Shown here in pieces: positions 11,942-23,560 of a DNA stretch of 32,845 nt. The notes under the pieces are model-generated. The model was not told where the DNA came from, did no database searches, and was given only the letters and a program-made list of their open reading frames with translations. The position numbers and the translations under genes were made by a program. Numbering within the stretch: position 1 is the first letter of the stretch; each line of letters starts with the position of its first letter. The stretch is from Catajapyx aquilonaris (lineage: Eukaryota): contig JYFJ02004343.1 in NCBI GenBank assembly GCA_000934665.2, positions 1 to 32,845 on the forward strand, given 5' to 3'.

Positions 11942-13362
11942 ACATTTTTGTGACATCTCTCTGCCACCTACACGATGAATCCAGATCAATGATAAAGTTT
12001 ACGAACATTTCAGAGTAATGATCGATGCCAATTTCCATGCTAATCCCAAGGATGCTGACTTAGCTCAGACGTTGAAAAATGAGTTGCAGGCATACGAAAA
12101 GTTCTGTAAGTTATATTGATTCAGCCTCTGTAGACCTACAGGCTATATAACTTAATACCTTACGGAAATATTGCTTATTTCGATTAAATATTATTTAAAG
12201 CAGAATACAGTATGTAGGCTGCAGTCGTTAATTTTAAATCTGTGATTAACTCATTATACGGTGTCTTTAGGAACCTTTCCCGATTATCCGGCGACACCCG
12301 TGCAACCCTTAATATATAATCGGGAGTACAGTGTATCAGGCTTCAATCGTAATATATGATTCTGATACATAATTTCCGGTCCCCACTTCCTGCCAGCTTG
12401 TCTCAAACCATCCTCATTACTCATATCCGTTACAAGTAACTACCATGAAGAGTGACGAGTGGATTGGCTTTGACCCCACGTTATTATTTTGATTGGAGAT
12501 TGTTTCTAATACACTGCTATTTGACGACGAAGTTCACTTTTTCCTGCCTTCACTTTGAGTTATGCAAATCCTGATTTTAAAGTTGTGAATTTACATCTTT
12601 ACTGTATCTGAAATGGCCGTAAGAAACAGCAATAATAATTTTTATTTTAATGTGTGTCCCTCGTAGACCACTCCCCATTTTTAAGTGGTATAGAGAGGCA
12701 TTTAATGAAATGGATGCGGACGAATTTATGGTTGCGCATTGCAATACCTCATTTGAAGCAATATCACGCGGGAAACTGCTATAGCGTGCAATCATCGACT
12801 TCATTACATGTCTAATTGGAGTACGAATATCATGCACCACAGTGCAAAAAAAAAATATGAAATGACCTGATTGTTGTTGTTTTTTTGTTCTGTGCAGAGG
12901 AGTGACCCAATATACATGAACTTTCATATAATGATGGCAAACGGCTTTACAAGTGCTTTAAATACCAAATACCAAATATCATTACAGAACGTTGTGTAGT
13001 GGCTAAAGTCACAGCCCTATACCTTTGAAGTGCCGAGTTCGATCCCCGGGTCAGATTATTTTGTGGAAAGAATTTCAATAGGTTCGCTCCGTGTTCGCTT
13101 GGATTTTCTCGGGCTCTTCCGTTTTCTCCCACAGTCCTGTCTTTTCTCGTCTCACACTTCCCTAGCTGCCCATATAGATGGCAGATAGTTGCTTTGGCTC
13201 TCCCAAGCAACCAAAATCATGTGAGATGCTCTTCTCTTCCACCGACCAACACAATTTTATATCAACTGATTTGTCGAGGCTCTGCAAAATGAATTTAGGG
13301 GCAGTTCAAAGTCTGCACCACTTTTGACATTAGTGCAAGCACTCTCTCATCTAAGGCCAAGG
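11942..13362 (+). pseudogene. Second decayed multi-exon gene relic with compact introns, interrupted by a SINE
   Basis: Exon-like blocks 11942-12105 (..INDKVYEHFRVMIDANFHANPKDADLAQTLKNELQAYEKF|gtaagt), 12397-12618 (|gtaaga), 12667-12820 (PLPIFKWYREAFNEMDADEF..), 12898-about 12990, and about 13260-13362 (FVEALQNEFRGSSKSAPLLTLVQALSHLRPR|gtaagc). Internal stops and at least one frameshift are present. Confidence 0.35.
12985..13250 (+). mobile_element. tRNA-derived SINE with V-domain (V-SINE superfamily)
   Basis: A box tgtgtagtgg (12993-13002) and B box gagttcgatcc (13035-13045), then gttcgctccgtgttcgcttggattttctcgggctcttccgttttctcccacagtcc. This matches the V-domain consensus as I recall it (gttctccccgtgtctgcgtgggtttcctccgggtgctccggtttcctcccacagtcc). 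The 3' end is approximate. Confidence 0.7.
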
Positions 13363-13680
13363 GTAAGCTACAAGTATTGCATGCCACCAAATGCTTACAG
13401 AAGGGCATAATAACCAGAAGTATTAGAGTGATAAATCACTGTCAAGGATATTTTATAATTCCTTTATGAACATTGCATGAGAAGACATCCTCCACACGTA
13501 AAATGCCCCTTGGTATTCTCTCCCTGTCAAATACTGTGTATGTTTTCAGTAAGCTTATGTAGAATTTTTGTCATGCGTCTTAGCAAATAAGCTATGCATA
13601 TTGGCATCTTGTTCTGCTGCCCCTGCCTTTCCTCTGCCCATTTTGCATATATCTTACAGGTAAAAAAAAAAAGTGTGCTA

Positions 13681-13832
13681 CGGTCCGTTAAACGAAAGAA
13701 CGATCTGACGTCACCTTCAGCCCCGTCTTTCCCTCCTCTCACATCCCCGAATCGCTCTGCGAGCATACTACTGCGCATGCTCAGAAAATACGGCTGGGGT
13801 GACGTCAGACCGCTCTTTCATTTAACGGACTT
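13681..13832. mobile_element. TA-flanked MITE (152 bp)
   Basis: The TIR gtccgttaaacgaaagaacgatctgacgtcacc matches the reverse complement of the right end (gtccgttaaatgaaagagcggtctgacgtcacc). TA lies at 13679-13680 and 13833-13834. Confidence 0.85.
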
Positions 13833-13924
13833 TAGGTCAATTGGATAAATGTTACTCCATAAAATACGTACGTGGTGTTTCAATTTAAATGTCCTTAGTT
13901 TTTACACTAACCTGCTTATTTTAA

Positions 13925-14337
13925 AGGGACACTCCCCTCAAAAAACAAGTTTGGCTCTAAAAATCGGGCAAAAAATCCTGAATCTGAAGATGCAATCGGC
14001 TTTTCGCTACGCGGAACGGTAATCCCAGGTCGAGGGGTCAAAGTCGGGAAATTCAAATAGTGCGCTAGAAGCTGGCCGTCCGCCAGCGACGCCCTCGGGA
14101 CCTTGGGAACTGGAGGGCTGCTCCCGCCTGACCGCGCACTTAGGCCCATCCCAGAGCGGTGCAGCCCTCCAGTTCCTCAGTTCCCCGCGTGGCGGCGCCG
14201 CTCATTAGCAGACGACACACTTTGACACTCGCCCTGGGATTATCGTTCCGCGTAGCGAAAAACGAATTGCACCGTCGGATTCAGGATTTTTTGATCTATT
14301 TTTAGAGCTAAACTTGTTTTTTGAGTGGAGTGTCCCT
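13925..14337. mobile_element. Kolobok-type MITE with TTAA target-site duplication
   Basis: TTAA|AGGGACACTCC...GGAGTGTCCCT|TTAA with imperfect TIRs of about 120 bp (aaaaaacaagttt.gctctaaaaat...ttttcgctacgcggaacg.taatcccagg). RR/YY termini with a TTAA TSD are typical of Kolobok. Confidence 0.9.
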
Positions 14338-15137
14338 TTAAGCAGTTACTTTTATGGGTTTTAAAAATCATTTTGTGAACAACACATTGTTGGCAATTAT
14401 TATTTATAGCGAAAAATACGTTAAACTGGTATTTATTGGTCATCGCAAAGAAGAAGGGCTTGTGTTGCACATTCAGCATCAACGCCCACTTACTAACGGT
14501 GGGATTGCGTCGCACTCGCAGGAATCCGTGTCGCGGCACATCGGCGAAAAAAAATGTTAATTTCATTTTACAAGCAAACTTTTGGGCACTTGAGTGTCAT
14601 CACTCCCCTGGTCGGAGCACATGGGAATGCATATTGTGATCCTGCAGGCTGAAAATTGTGAATGATGAAAGCAGATAAGTTAATTAGCGGCCAAGCTACG
14701 GCTATTGCATTTGAGGTGGCTGCTATCAGGTATAGGCTACTACTAGAGCTTGTATGTTTTCTGAGGGGAAACTCCCTTTGTGAGCACAAACAAAAACCAC
14801 AGGGAGAAGCAAACATGCGGTAAATTTTTCGGATCATATTCTCTCTCTCTCCGCACAGGAAACACTCCCTGAGGCCATTAAAGTAGGGCTCAGAACCGAA
14901 TATAATCCGTTAATGCCTTTGATAACCTCTTAAAGAAACTGTTATAAAATAATTGGCGAAAATGCATGCTTTACGCAACATAATCCCTTTTTGTGCGGAT
15001 AGAGTAAAGAGATCATTGCAATTTCACGTGTGCTTACACGCACTTGTAATTATTCTGTCCTGAATTATTTCCAAACTAGGCACCAACTTGCCAAAATTAG
15101 GCAAAAAATTAGGCAAAAGTGCGAAAGTGGAGAGTGG

Positions 15138-15155
15138 GAGAGAGAGAGAGAGAGA
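15138..15155. repeat. (GA)9 microsatellite
   Basis: Read directly. Confidence 0.9.
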
Positions 15156-17408
15156 CCCGCACCAGGCAGCATCATCGAAGCGACATCCGACGGTGAAGTG
15201 CAGAATAAGCGAGTCACCACCCAGGAGGTGGCGCCCGGAACGGCAGAATTGGGAATTCCGTGGAGCAGCCGTTATCGGCCTTTTTTTGCGTGTTTTGAGT
15301 CCCTCGGCACCGTTTACAAAAAACAAAAGTGGTTTGCAAATATAGAAATCACGGGCAGAATTTTGACACCACTCGCAAAGCTGTAACCCGTACGGTGCGG
15401 AAGGAGTTTCCGTGACAATCGGGTATTAACTATATACAGTAGATAATGATATGATAACAAGACCAAACATTTAATAATAATTAAAAGATAATAGTGGGCC
15501 CTCAATTACATGAAAACCTGTGCCTAGCACATATTAACTATTTTCTAGGACACATAACCTACATGACAAAACTGTTATTAAAATTTTTAAATGCGATCAT
15601 ATAAAACTGTGCAAATTTAACCCGGGGAAAAGCTTGGGCTGAAACTCACTTGTAAAAATGTGTGAGGTATGTGACTACCTGAGTTCTTGAGTGTTAAAGC
15701 TGCAATAAAATTGTGCCCTCATTCCCCATGAGAGTGGCTCGTTTTCCTCAATGAGTGGGGTAAAATGGTCTTTGTGCAGAGCTTCGCTTCTTTTTCCCTC
15801 CACTTTAATTTTCAGGATGATATATGATGTTTCAGTGAAGGAAAAGTGCAGCAAACACGGCGAATGTTTTATATCTGCAAAACTAATATTGATTTCTAAT
15901 AATTCTTTCACTAGGTTAAAATTTTTTACTGATAATTTCCAACCATTTAACTATACATGTTGTTCCAAGTTCTTGGGTAGTTATTTGATATCACTGATAT
16001 CGCCCGGTTATTTTTTGTAGCTTGCCCAGCCACCTGGATCGGGGCACAAAAAGCTATAAAAATAACCGCTTTGAGCAAAATTTCCTATAGCTATAAAGTT
16101 CTATTTATAAAAGGCCCCAGTAACTTGGAATACCCTGTATAAAATTAAAAATGGATACTTAAAAGTTGATGAATTTATTCTGAAGGCTTGTTTCGTTACA
16201 TTTATGTTACGCACAACACGACGCCTTTTCGTCAAGTAGGCCTACTGTAGTTTCTTACTTTCCCTAATTGGAAACACCAGTTGTGTATTATGCCCAAAAG
16301 CATACCAGGCATTCATCAGGCTACATATTCATTACCAACTCGACTGCACTGTCTTTCACTAAGCAGCTCACCTGCAGCTGTCGAGATTTCACTGTAGTCA
16401 TTTCATAAAGCAAAGACATACCACAGTACAGTTGCTTAGTTACTGATGCACGACTAGGGAGTGTCTGTTGATGAGTAATGTGATGTTACTGCCCCCTTTA
16501 AAAATTGTCTCTTGAATATATTTATGCCAGAACTGACGTGGTGTCTTATAATACAGTGGGTAGTCCAACTCTGGCAGAGCTTCTTGTTACACTGAATTTC
16601 CGAGAAGAAAGGTCCTGTGCTTAAACCTTGTATACACCAGTGGGCATGTTTGGAGAGGGCAATTAATTTTGCGTCCAGAGACTGTCGTAGGCCCTACTTT
16701 TTTGGTACACAAAGTATAGGCCTACTACTGCTAATGAGAGTAGGAAAATAACCTAGGGACAGTTTCTCCATCTGTTGCGGCAGCTTCCGGACAAGATAAT
16801 GCTCTAGAATTTGTAATGCACTGTACACACACAGTGAGACTAATTTTCCGGAGAAACTGGCAAGTAGAACTCTAGAAAACTAATGAAATTGCGGCCAGAA
16901 TTACTTCATTCGGGTGCGAAGGAGAAACTTTCGTGTCAAAATATTTCGAAAAAGACCCCCTCCCAACATCCCAAGCATGGCGGACATTTTAGTAGAAATT
17001 CGTGCCCCCCTCTATACCACCTCTGGCCAACTTTTTTTTTTACGCCATCTATATGGAAGTGACCCCTAAAAGCCCAGGAAAATGGCTACTCTTCCAGCAA
17101 CATCAAGGGGGACTTGGCATGCATTTAAACGAGGATAGTGGTTATCTGGACCACTGCAGCAGTCTGACGTTGTGATTTTTTTTTTCTGTGCATGTGTGTG
17201 CCCCCCCCCCCCCTCCCCCGCCTTCTCTGGCTCTGTATTTATCTTTCATGCGGGACTCTAATTCCTCTGCCAAAATCTCCCAAAGTGCCTCTTGCACACT
17301 GGCCAAAATGGACATCATAAAAAACTGCGGACTTCCCATTGTCATATTATTTTTTAGCCCCCCCGACTGCTTATAGCCCAGCCATATATTAATTTTCTGA
17401 CCGCATAT

Positions 17409-17580
17409 CTGCCGTACCAAGCAGAAACACCCTATCAAACCTACAAGTAGGAAGGGTGAAAATCGCGTGCATGTACGGCACTCACCCCCCTTGACTCAGA
17501 TGGGGGATTAGTGCAGTGCATACATGCGACCTTCACCCTTACTAGTTTTGGAGATAGGGTGTTTCTCCTTGGGACGGCAG
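17409..17580. mobile_element. Fold-back MITE (almost entirely inverted repeat)
   Basis: Outer arms are ctgccgtaccaagcagaaacaccctatc / gatagggtgtttctccttgggacggcag. Inner arms are aagggtgaaaatcgcgtgcatgtac / gtgcatacatgcgaccttcaccctt. Confidence 0.75.
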
Positions 17581-17596
17581 TGCATATGTAGTGGGT

Positions 17597-17692
17597 GCAT
17601 AGGTGGTGCATAGGTGGTGACTGCATAGGTGGTGCATAGGTGGTGACTGCATAGGTGGTGCATAGGTGGTGCATAGGTGGTGCATAGGTGGT
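17597..17692. repeat. 11-bp minisatellite (GCATAGGTGGT)x8 with two GACT inserts
   Basis: Units start at 17597, 17608, 17623, 17634, 17649, 17660, 17671 and 17682. GACT lies at 17619 and 17645. Confidence 0.95.
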
Positions 17693-20013
17693 GATATCCA
17701 GTGAGGTATAGTCCTAACATCACAGATCTGGGTATTAATGCGGTCGATCAGAAGTTTCTGTCGACTCTTCACATCTGCAGTCGCCAGTTGAAGTTTCGGA
17801 AACGGCATAATATATCCAAGACCCGGTCTGACTTGGGGGTCACGTGGACTCTAGGAAAAAAAAAGTAAGAGGAGGGGAGCCCAGAAACTGAGAAGTGAGA
17901 AGGCTGTTTACTATTCATGACGCTGCAGTCGGTCGCCGCAACACCCTGCAACTTACTACCCTAGGAAAACTGGATGGGGAGGAAGGGGGGGTGTCAGGAG
18001 GAAGTCGCTTTGCAAATGTCAAAAGCCTGTGAATACCAAAACCACTCTGGAGCTACAAAGTCTTGGGGAGAAATTGGTGAGGTTCAGACTTTCGGAGGCG
18101 AGAGTTGACTTTTCCGGAGCATTGGAAATTTTCGGGGGTCATGTGACGTCCAAACTCAGTTTTTGAGAGCAATAGTTTTTGATCAAGTGCAACGGAACGT
18201 GATGAGCTCAGGTCCAAACTGCTACCTTAGTGCTCATTCAAGGCATGTCGTCAATGGGGACAATCAAAAATTTTCGATAAAATCCATATTTCTTTACTAC
18301 GAGTAACTGTGTAACAATGCAATTTAGAAGTAACTTAGGTGTAACATCGGAGTTCTGCTAAGTGTTTTTTGCCATCCCCCCTTTTTTTTGGAACGGACAC
18401 GAGAACGAAATGGGACATTTCGCTCCTCTTAATGGTCTCTGCTTTCACATTGGCGGAAGTAAAATTGCACAATGGAGGCCTACCCTTTGTTGGTAACTGG
18501 ATTCAAATGAGGTCTACTTCATCTCCCCACTCCCGTTGAGTAATATTGTAATTCTTGTTTCCTCCCGCTGTACATGGACACTCCCCTAACAATTAAGCAG
18601 TTTAATTTTAGTAACCACGTTGGATGCGCTAGTTTCAACAGCGCAAAAATACCTCCCGTTAAAACTCTGCCAACATATCACAAATGGTGTTTGTATCCTC
18701 AAGGCGGCCATATTTTATTAAGTAGGATTAGTTTAACTGGAGTTTGAGACCGGTCGAAGTAGTTAGCAACTTTGGGGTGGTGTCTACGCTGCTTATTATC
18801 AAGAGGAAACAGAATACGAGAGTTTGCTCTCCGGATTTTCGCATTAACTGCTGCAATGTACAGTAAGCCGTTGTATCACTTTATATTTGAACAAGGTCCG
18901 CGCTCTTTTGTAGGGACTTGCTGCCTGGGTGTGGGATGACAAGTTACGAGGGGTATTTCATTTTGCTTCCGAGCAAATTATCCGGAGCGAGAAAAAAAAA
19001 AAAACGTGCTCACTTGATTTTTACTCCCCACGCTTTTATTAGGAGCTTACGTTACAATTCGCTCATTAAGAAACACGAGATATGGATTATTCATCGCGAA
19101 AAGCCCATGTAATTTGACCTGAACTTATAATTATAATATCAATGGGGCCAATCATGAAGTGTACATTTTGTGCATATTTGAGCAGGGAATTAGTGGCGAC
19201 ATAATGATTATCTCAGGCTTTGCATTTGCTATTCTGAGTAGCAACTTGTAAAGTGAAATGTTAAGAATTAGCTAATATACTGCTCTACCGTGTAATATCT
19301 CCATGGATATGTGTCTCATAAAGAACGAATGATTTCACCATAATACTGTAGGTAACCCAAGTGCGTCAGAGAAGTAAACATATCTGCTACATGCTATAGG
19401 TAAGGTGGTTGCTTACTGTATCCGAGACATGTAGAAATGTAGACGTTTTCATCGGGATAGAGTGACAAAAGAGGTCGTGTCGCTCCATAAATCCCAGGCC
19501 CAGGGGCTCCTTTGTACATTAAAATCCTCTTAGCGGAGGCCAAACTTTTCATCGGGTTCTTTCTTGTGTGAGGTCGGCTCGAGCGAGCGAGAGCGCATCA
19601 AAAGTGCACCACCCGACCTTGCTTTTCCCCCGCAAAAAGAAAGAATGGTACCACCTGGTAAGCCTGTTAGTTATCGGCCTTCCCAAGTGAATTCATCTCG
19701 ACATTCCTCTTCTGCAACGCAACTCAAAAGCGGAGGCATTTCATTTCAATATCGGAATATTACGATCTTATATTCAGATAGCAGTGGCATTATTTTATTG
19801 CTTGGCAGCCATCCCAGTCTTAACCAGTCAACGGATCCTCGGTATGCCTATTTCCAAGACGTTGTTTTATCATTCTCAATAATATTTCACCTAATACTGT
19901 CAACTATGTTTGTTTGCATGTTCGTTGGAAGTTATCTCTCTCCCCACTGGGTGCGCCACCTCTCTGACTACATCCCTGCTTAGCCCCCCTCCTGACACAC
20001 CTTCCACCACCTT

Positions 20014-20050
20014 CCGCTAGAGGTGCTCCACACGCTGCCAGGTGGCGCTG
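20014..20050 (+). promoter_or_regulatory. Tandem CTCF-like motifs
   Basis: ccgctagaggtgct (20014-20027) and ctgccaggtggcgctg (20035-20050) resemble the bilaterian CTCF core CCASYAGRKGGCRS. Motif match only. Confidence 0.3.
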
Positions 20051-20154
20051 CTGTACAGTTACTGCTCGCTACGGGTACCCTTACCGCGCGCACCGAAGGT
20101 GCACCCACCATAAACCCTGTGCATTAACAGGTTTGTTACGCTAAATAGCACTAA

Positions 20155-20314
20155 AGCTGCATTTACATGTGAGCGATTTGACGAGCGAAGTCTTCGCCGA
20201 TGCTTAGTAACCCAAGTAACCAATATTGCTTGAGACGAAAATTGATTGTTAGTTTCAGCCTCGGCGAAGATTTCGCTCCGATTCGCTCGTCAAATCGCTC
20301 ATGTAAATGCACCT
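20155..20314. mobile_element. MITE with PIF/Harbinger-like termini
   Basis: agctgcatttacatgtgagcgatttgacgagcgaa matches the reverse complement of the right end (aggtgcatttacatgagcgatttgacgagcgaa). The inner tcttcgccga / tcggcgaaga also pair. The TSD is imperfect. Confidence 0.8.
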
Positions 20315-21044
20315 TTCTAATTGCAATAAGGGCTGTATGAACAGCATTCTTGTAGAAATCTTGTAATATTGCAGTAACATTCGTTAACTTTGCGTTTACT
20401 GCAGCCCATTAGTACAGATTGTTATGTACACTGGCGTTGTGCCCAGGCACCCCTTTTGTGCCAGTGCTGTACTTATTCGTGCCAATAAGGCATGCACTGG
20501 CATGTCCATCTACTATACAGTTTGGATAGAGATCTGAGTAAGGGACCAATAATGGCCGTATCCTCACCAAGCCTGTCTGCTGATCTATCACCTCCTATAC
20601 ATTTGCCTTCTGCAGCCCCTTTCAGAGCCTCGACTCGGACACTTTTTATATAGTAGGCCTACTATACTACTATGCTAAGTCTAAATGCATAACTCTACTC
20701 GACCTTTATTTGACATGCCCACATGAAGATTTGCTCGTAAATTATGAAAACGAAGGTACTACGACAACTACATAGTAGGTTTTCACCAATATCTATAACT
20801 TAGTGATTTTGGTGACAGTTTTGGATTCCAGCCAGTGCAGTGTATAAAAGTACCTCTGCAATATATTCTGAACATAACTATATTTCCCAACAGTTAAAGA
20901 CCATGGGGAAATATGTTTCATAGAAAGCTATATTAAGTTATTTGATGTGTAGTCCTCTTTTTTTTGGAACCTTGAACTTGGAGTATTCAATTCCTTGTGT
21001 GGGGGGTATTTCATGCTAGAAGGCTTGCCATATAGAATTTAACA

Positions 21045-21506
21045 CTATGCACGGTGATGTTGGACAGAAACGAGGGATTTGAAATGAGGAAACACTGTAC
21101 TGGGGATAATGCGCCATCTGGGCGACACTAGGGTTTTGGCTTTCATGTCAAATGGGCCAGCCGGAAGCGGAGGAATCGTTTTGTGGTCCAGTGGATTTTC
21201 ATCGTAAGTGTGCTCTAGGGTTGACCCATTCGACAGAATGTCTGGTGACAATGGCTGTTCTAATCCGTAAAAGTAGTTGGCACTGCACATGCTTGCCTCG
21301 TTTCCAGCCAAAATAACGCACGCCTTGGGCTGGTATAGTCCTCCACTGTTATTTTCGAAACGCCGATTGCTGTGACTGAAACAAAGCCTCCGAATGCTTT
21401 CGTAAGCGTTAAAAGAGGAGCATTCTTCGTTATTTCACTCATGAGGATTTCCGAGAGGTCCGTTTTGTAAAACAAAAAATGCGGGAGATTTTGCCCCAAA
21501 TATTAC
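21045..21506 (-). pseudogene. Exon-like 154-codon frame with a single internal TGA
   Basis: Acceptor ttttcatcctccatag| is followed by VIFGAKSPAFFVLQNGPLGNPHE*NNEECSSFNAYESIRRLCF...SVQHHRA*. Product not recognised. Confidence 0.25.
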
Positions 21507-23361
21507 CTATGGAGGATGAAAATGTTTAGGGCCTTTTCTAGTAGGCCTACTCAGTTGGATAAAACTTCATATAACATCCCAACTGAATTATTTGCACCAG
21601 ATTTAGAATATTATTTTCATCATCACCGTTATGACATTCCTAAATACATATGCTTAGATAATTTTATATGTCAAAGATATGTATAGACTATTTTGATATG
21701 CCGATGCACTTGGACATTTCCACGGATTCGGGAATTTGTTACTTAGATCAAAATTCCGAGGGATAAATCACAAATTAAATAAGTGATCATATTTCAAAGA
21801 ATTTTTTCTACGAATCCCACGAGTGAGTGATTAGTAGATTACCACTGCGCCACATCCTCGGTATATACAGTAAACACGAGTTTCCTTTTAGCTTATTAGT
21901 TGTTGAGGTTGAAGCATGTTCCTTTTTGAGATTATTGGAGTTAGTTGTGTTAGTTATTGATACAAAAAAGAACTTTGAGGTCAAATTGTTTTGTGATCAG
22001 CTGCAAATTGTATAGGAGATTCGAAGTTATCACACGCGCTTGTGATAAGTGTAAGAGCACTTAGAGTTTGACTTGGGCTGCAGTGATCAGTTACTCAGCA
22101 GTGTAATTTAGAGAGCTTTCCTTTTTTAAGAAGAAACGTATATCTTGCAAACCATATTCCTGAATGTGACAAACATGAGAAAGTTCTTTGACGTCAAAAG
22201 TTGCATTACGATCGCGACTCTCTTTTGATTCCCCATCTGTTATTTATGGATGCTGAGAGGGAACTTGGGTTTCGGAAGCAGTAAAATGCCCCCTTCCAAA
22301 AAAAAAAAGTATGGAGAAAAAGTTGTAACCCAACTCGGCGATCTATGGTGAAGTCCCGAAAGAATTTCAAAGTCGTCTGCAAGGGAGAGAGAGAAAACGA
22401 AAGCCAGTGTTATCTGAGAGGGCTCTCTGGGGAAATCATTAGCGAATCTCATTGGCATGACTCGAGGAATTGATTCGAAAAAGGGAAAGGAGAATGCCTG
22501 CGAGTTTCATCGCCGGGACCCACTTTGCCATCAGGCATCTTAAATTAGCTACTACAAATAGTACCGGTTAAAATACAGATCCATATCGGCGCATTGCCTG
22601 CCTCAAAACATTCAAATTTGCCCACCTACGCTACTAACCTCAGACACAAACGTGCACGGGCACGCTCGATAACGGTCATCCGGCTACCCCTAGCCACCCC
22701 CAGCCCAAACGGTCTCCAACGGCCGAAATTGTACGAGTGCGAAATTACGCTCTGATATTATCCAGATAGTAATGAGCAATGCATTGAATGGCGAGACAAA
22801 AAGGAAGGGAATTAATTAGTCTAGGATTTCTTTAGGATGGCCAGAATAGAACCGGTTGCATCAAAAGGAGCAGCCAGATGACTTAATTCTGCGCTTAAGG
22901 CGCTCTGATTGAGTTGGGATTGTGCGAATTCTGGCGACATCCGTAGAGAAGCTGGATCGACGGTGATTTACATGAGACTATTCTGCCAGATCTAGACTAC
23001 CATACAGTGTGCAGCAACAAGCCTCCGGAGCAGACAGGTTCTACCCGTAGAACAACGAGATAATCCAGGAATGATTCGGTTGCCATGACTACCGCCCATC
23101 TCCAAATTGACTTTTGGAAGCTGCTCTCACTATTTTAAATATTCATATCCTCCCACTCTCGTTGCGCTTGTTGTATAATATTTTCAAAGTGGCAGATAAT
23201 GCTCAGGGTGTATAATCCAAGCCTTTTAGACAAGCAGGACCCCGTAATTGGCGGCAGTATAGTTCGTGTTCCACCTCGCTTTTTGGTTCCATACACCAGC
23301 ATAATTGCATATGTGCAGGTGTCATAATACAGCACAGCGTCGAGGCAATATGGTCGTAAAT

Positions 23362-23560
23362 TAATAATAATAATTGGGCGGTACACTCCCCCAAGCTGTG
23401 GCATATGGCACGGACCCTTTTCGTAACAACCAGGGCAATGCGGCAAGGAACAGGTGACTGGTGGAGGAATGTACTGCCTCACACGACCATTTTGTGAGTT
23501 CTCACGGGGTGGGGCAAAACGGAAATTCTAAACCCTCCTTGGAGTCGAACCCAGGACCAG
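23362..23560 (-). mobile_element. tRNA-derived SINE (family C) with (ATT)n tail
   Basis: Minus-strand B box/T-arm cctgGGTTCGACTCCaagg (23551-23541), a body of about 170 bp, and an attattattatta tail at 23374-23362. The A box is missing. Confidence 0.55.

Noticed and set aside
12105..12272. TGA codon split across a putative intron as a selenocysteine candidate
   Set aside because: The surrounding relic has several other stops and a frameshift, and no SECIS was seen.
17597..17692. Regular repeat array resembling CRISPR or a repeat protein (HHLCTTYAPPM ORFs)
   Set aside because: There are no unique spacers and no cas genes, and the context is eukaryotic. The ORFs are by-products of an 11-bp minisatellite.
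17869..18428. Possible Kolobok element (gtaa|GAGGAG...CTCCTC|ttaa); lone TTAA-type ends also at about 3317 and about 11832
   Set aside because: The terminal match is only about 6-8 bp with an imperfect TSD, and partner ends were not found.
19564..19983. Longest ORF in the supplied track (139 aa) and other 60-125 aa ORFs
   Set aside because: Many have non-ATG starts and lack recognisable domains or splice context. Many overlap MITEs, SINEs or homopolymer runs.
19341..23060. Partial matches to conserved miRNAs (miR-8/200-like 19341, miR-137-like 20224, miR-10/100-like 23042)
   Set aside because: Only seed-length similarity, with no complementary star arm. The miR-137-like match lies inside a MITE.
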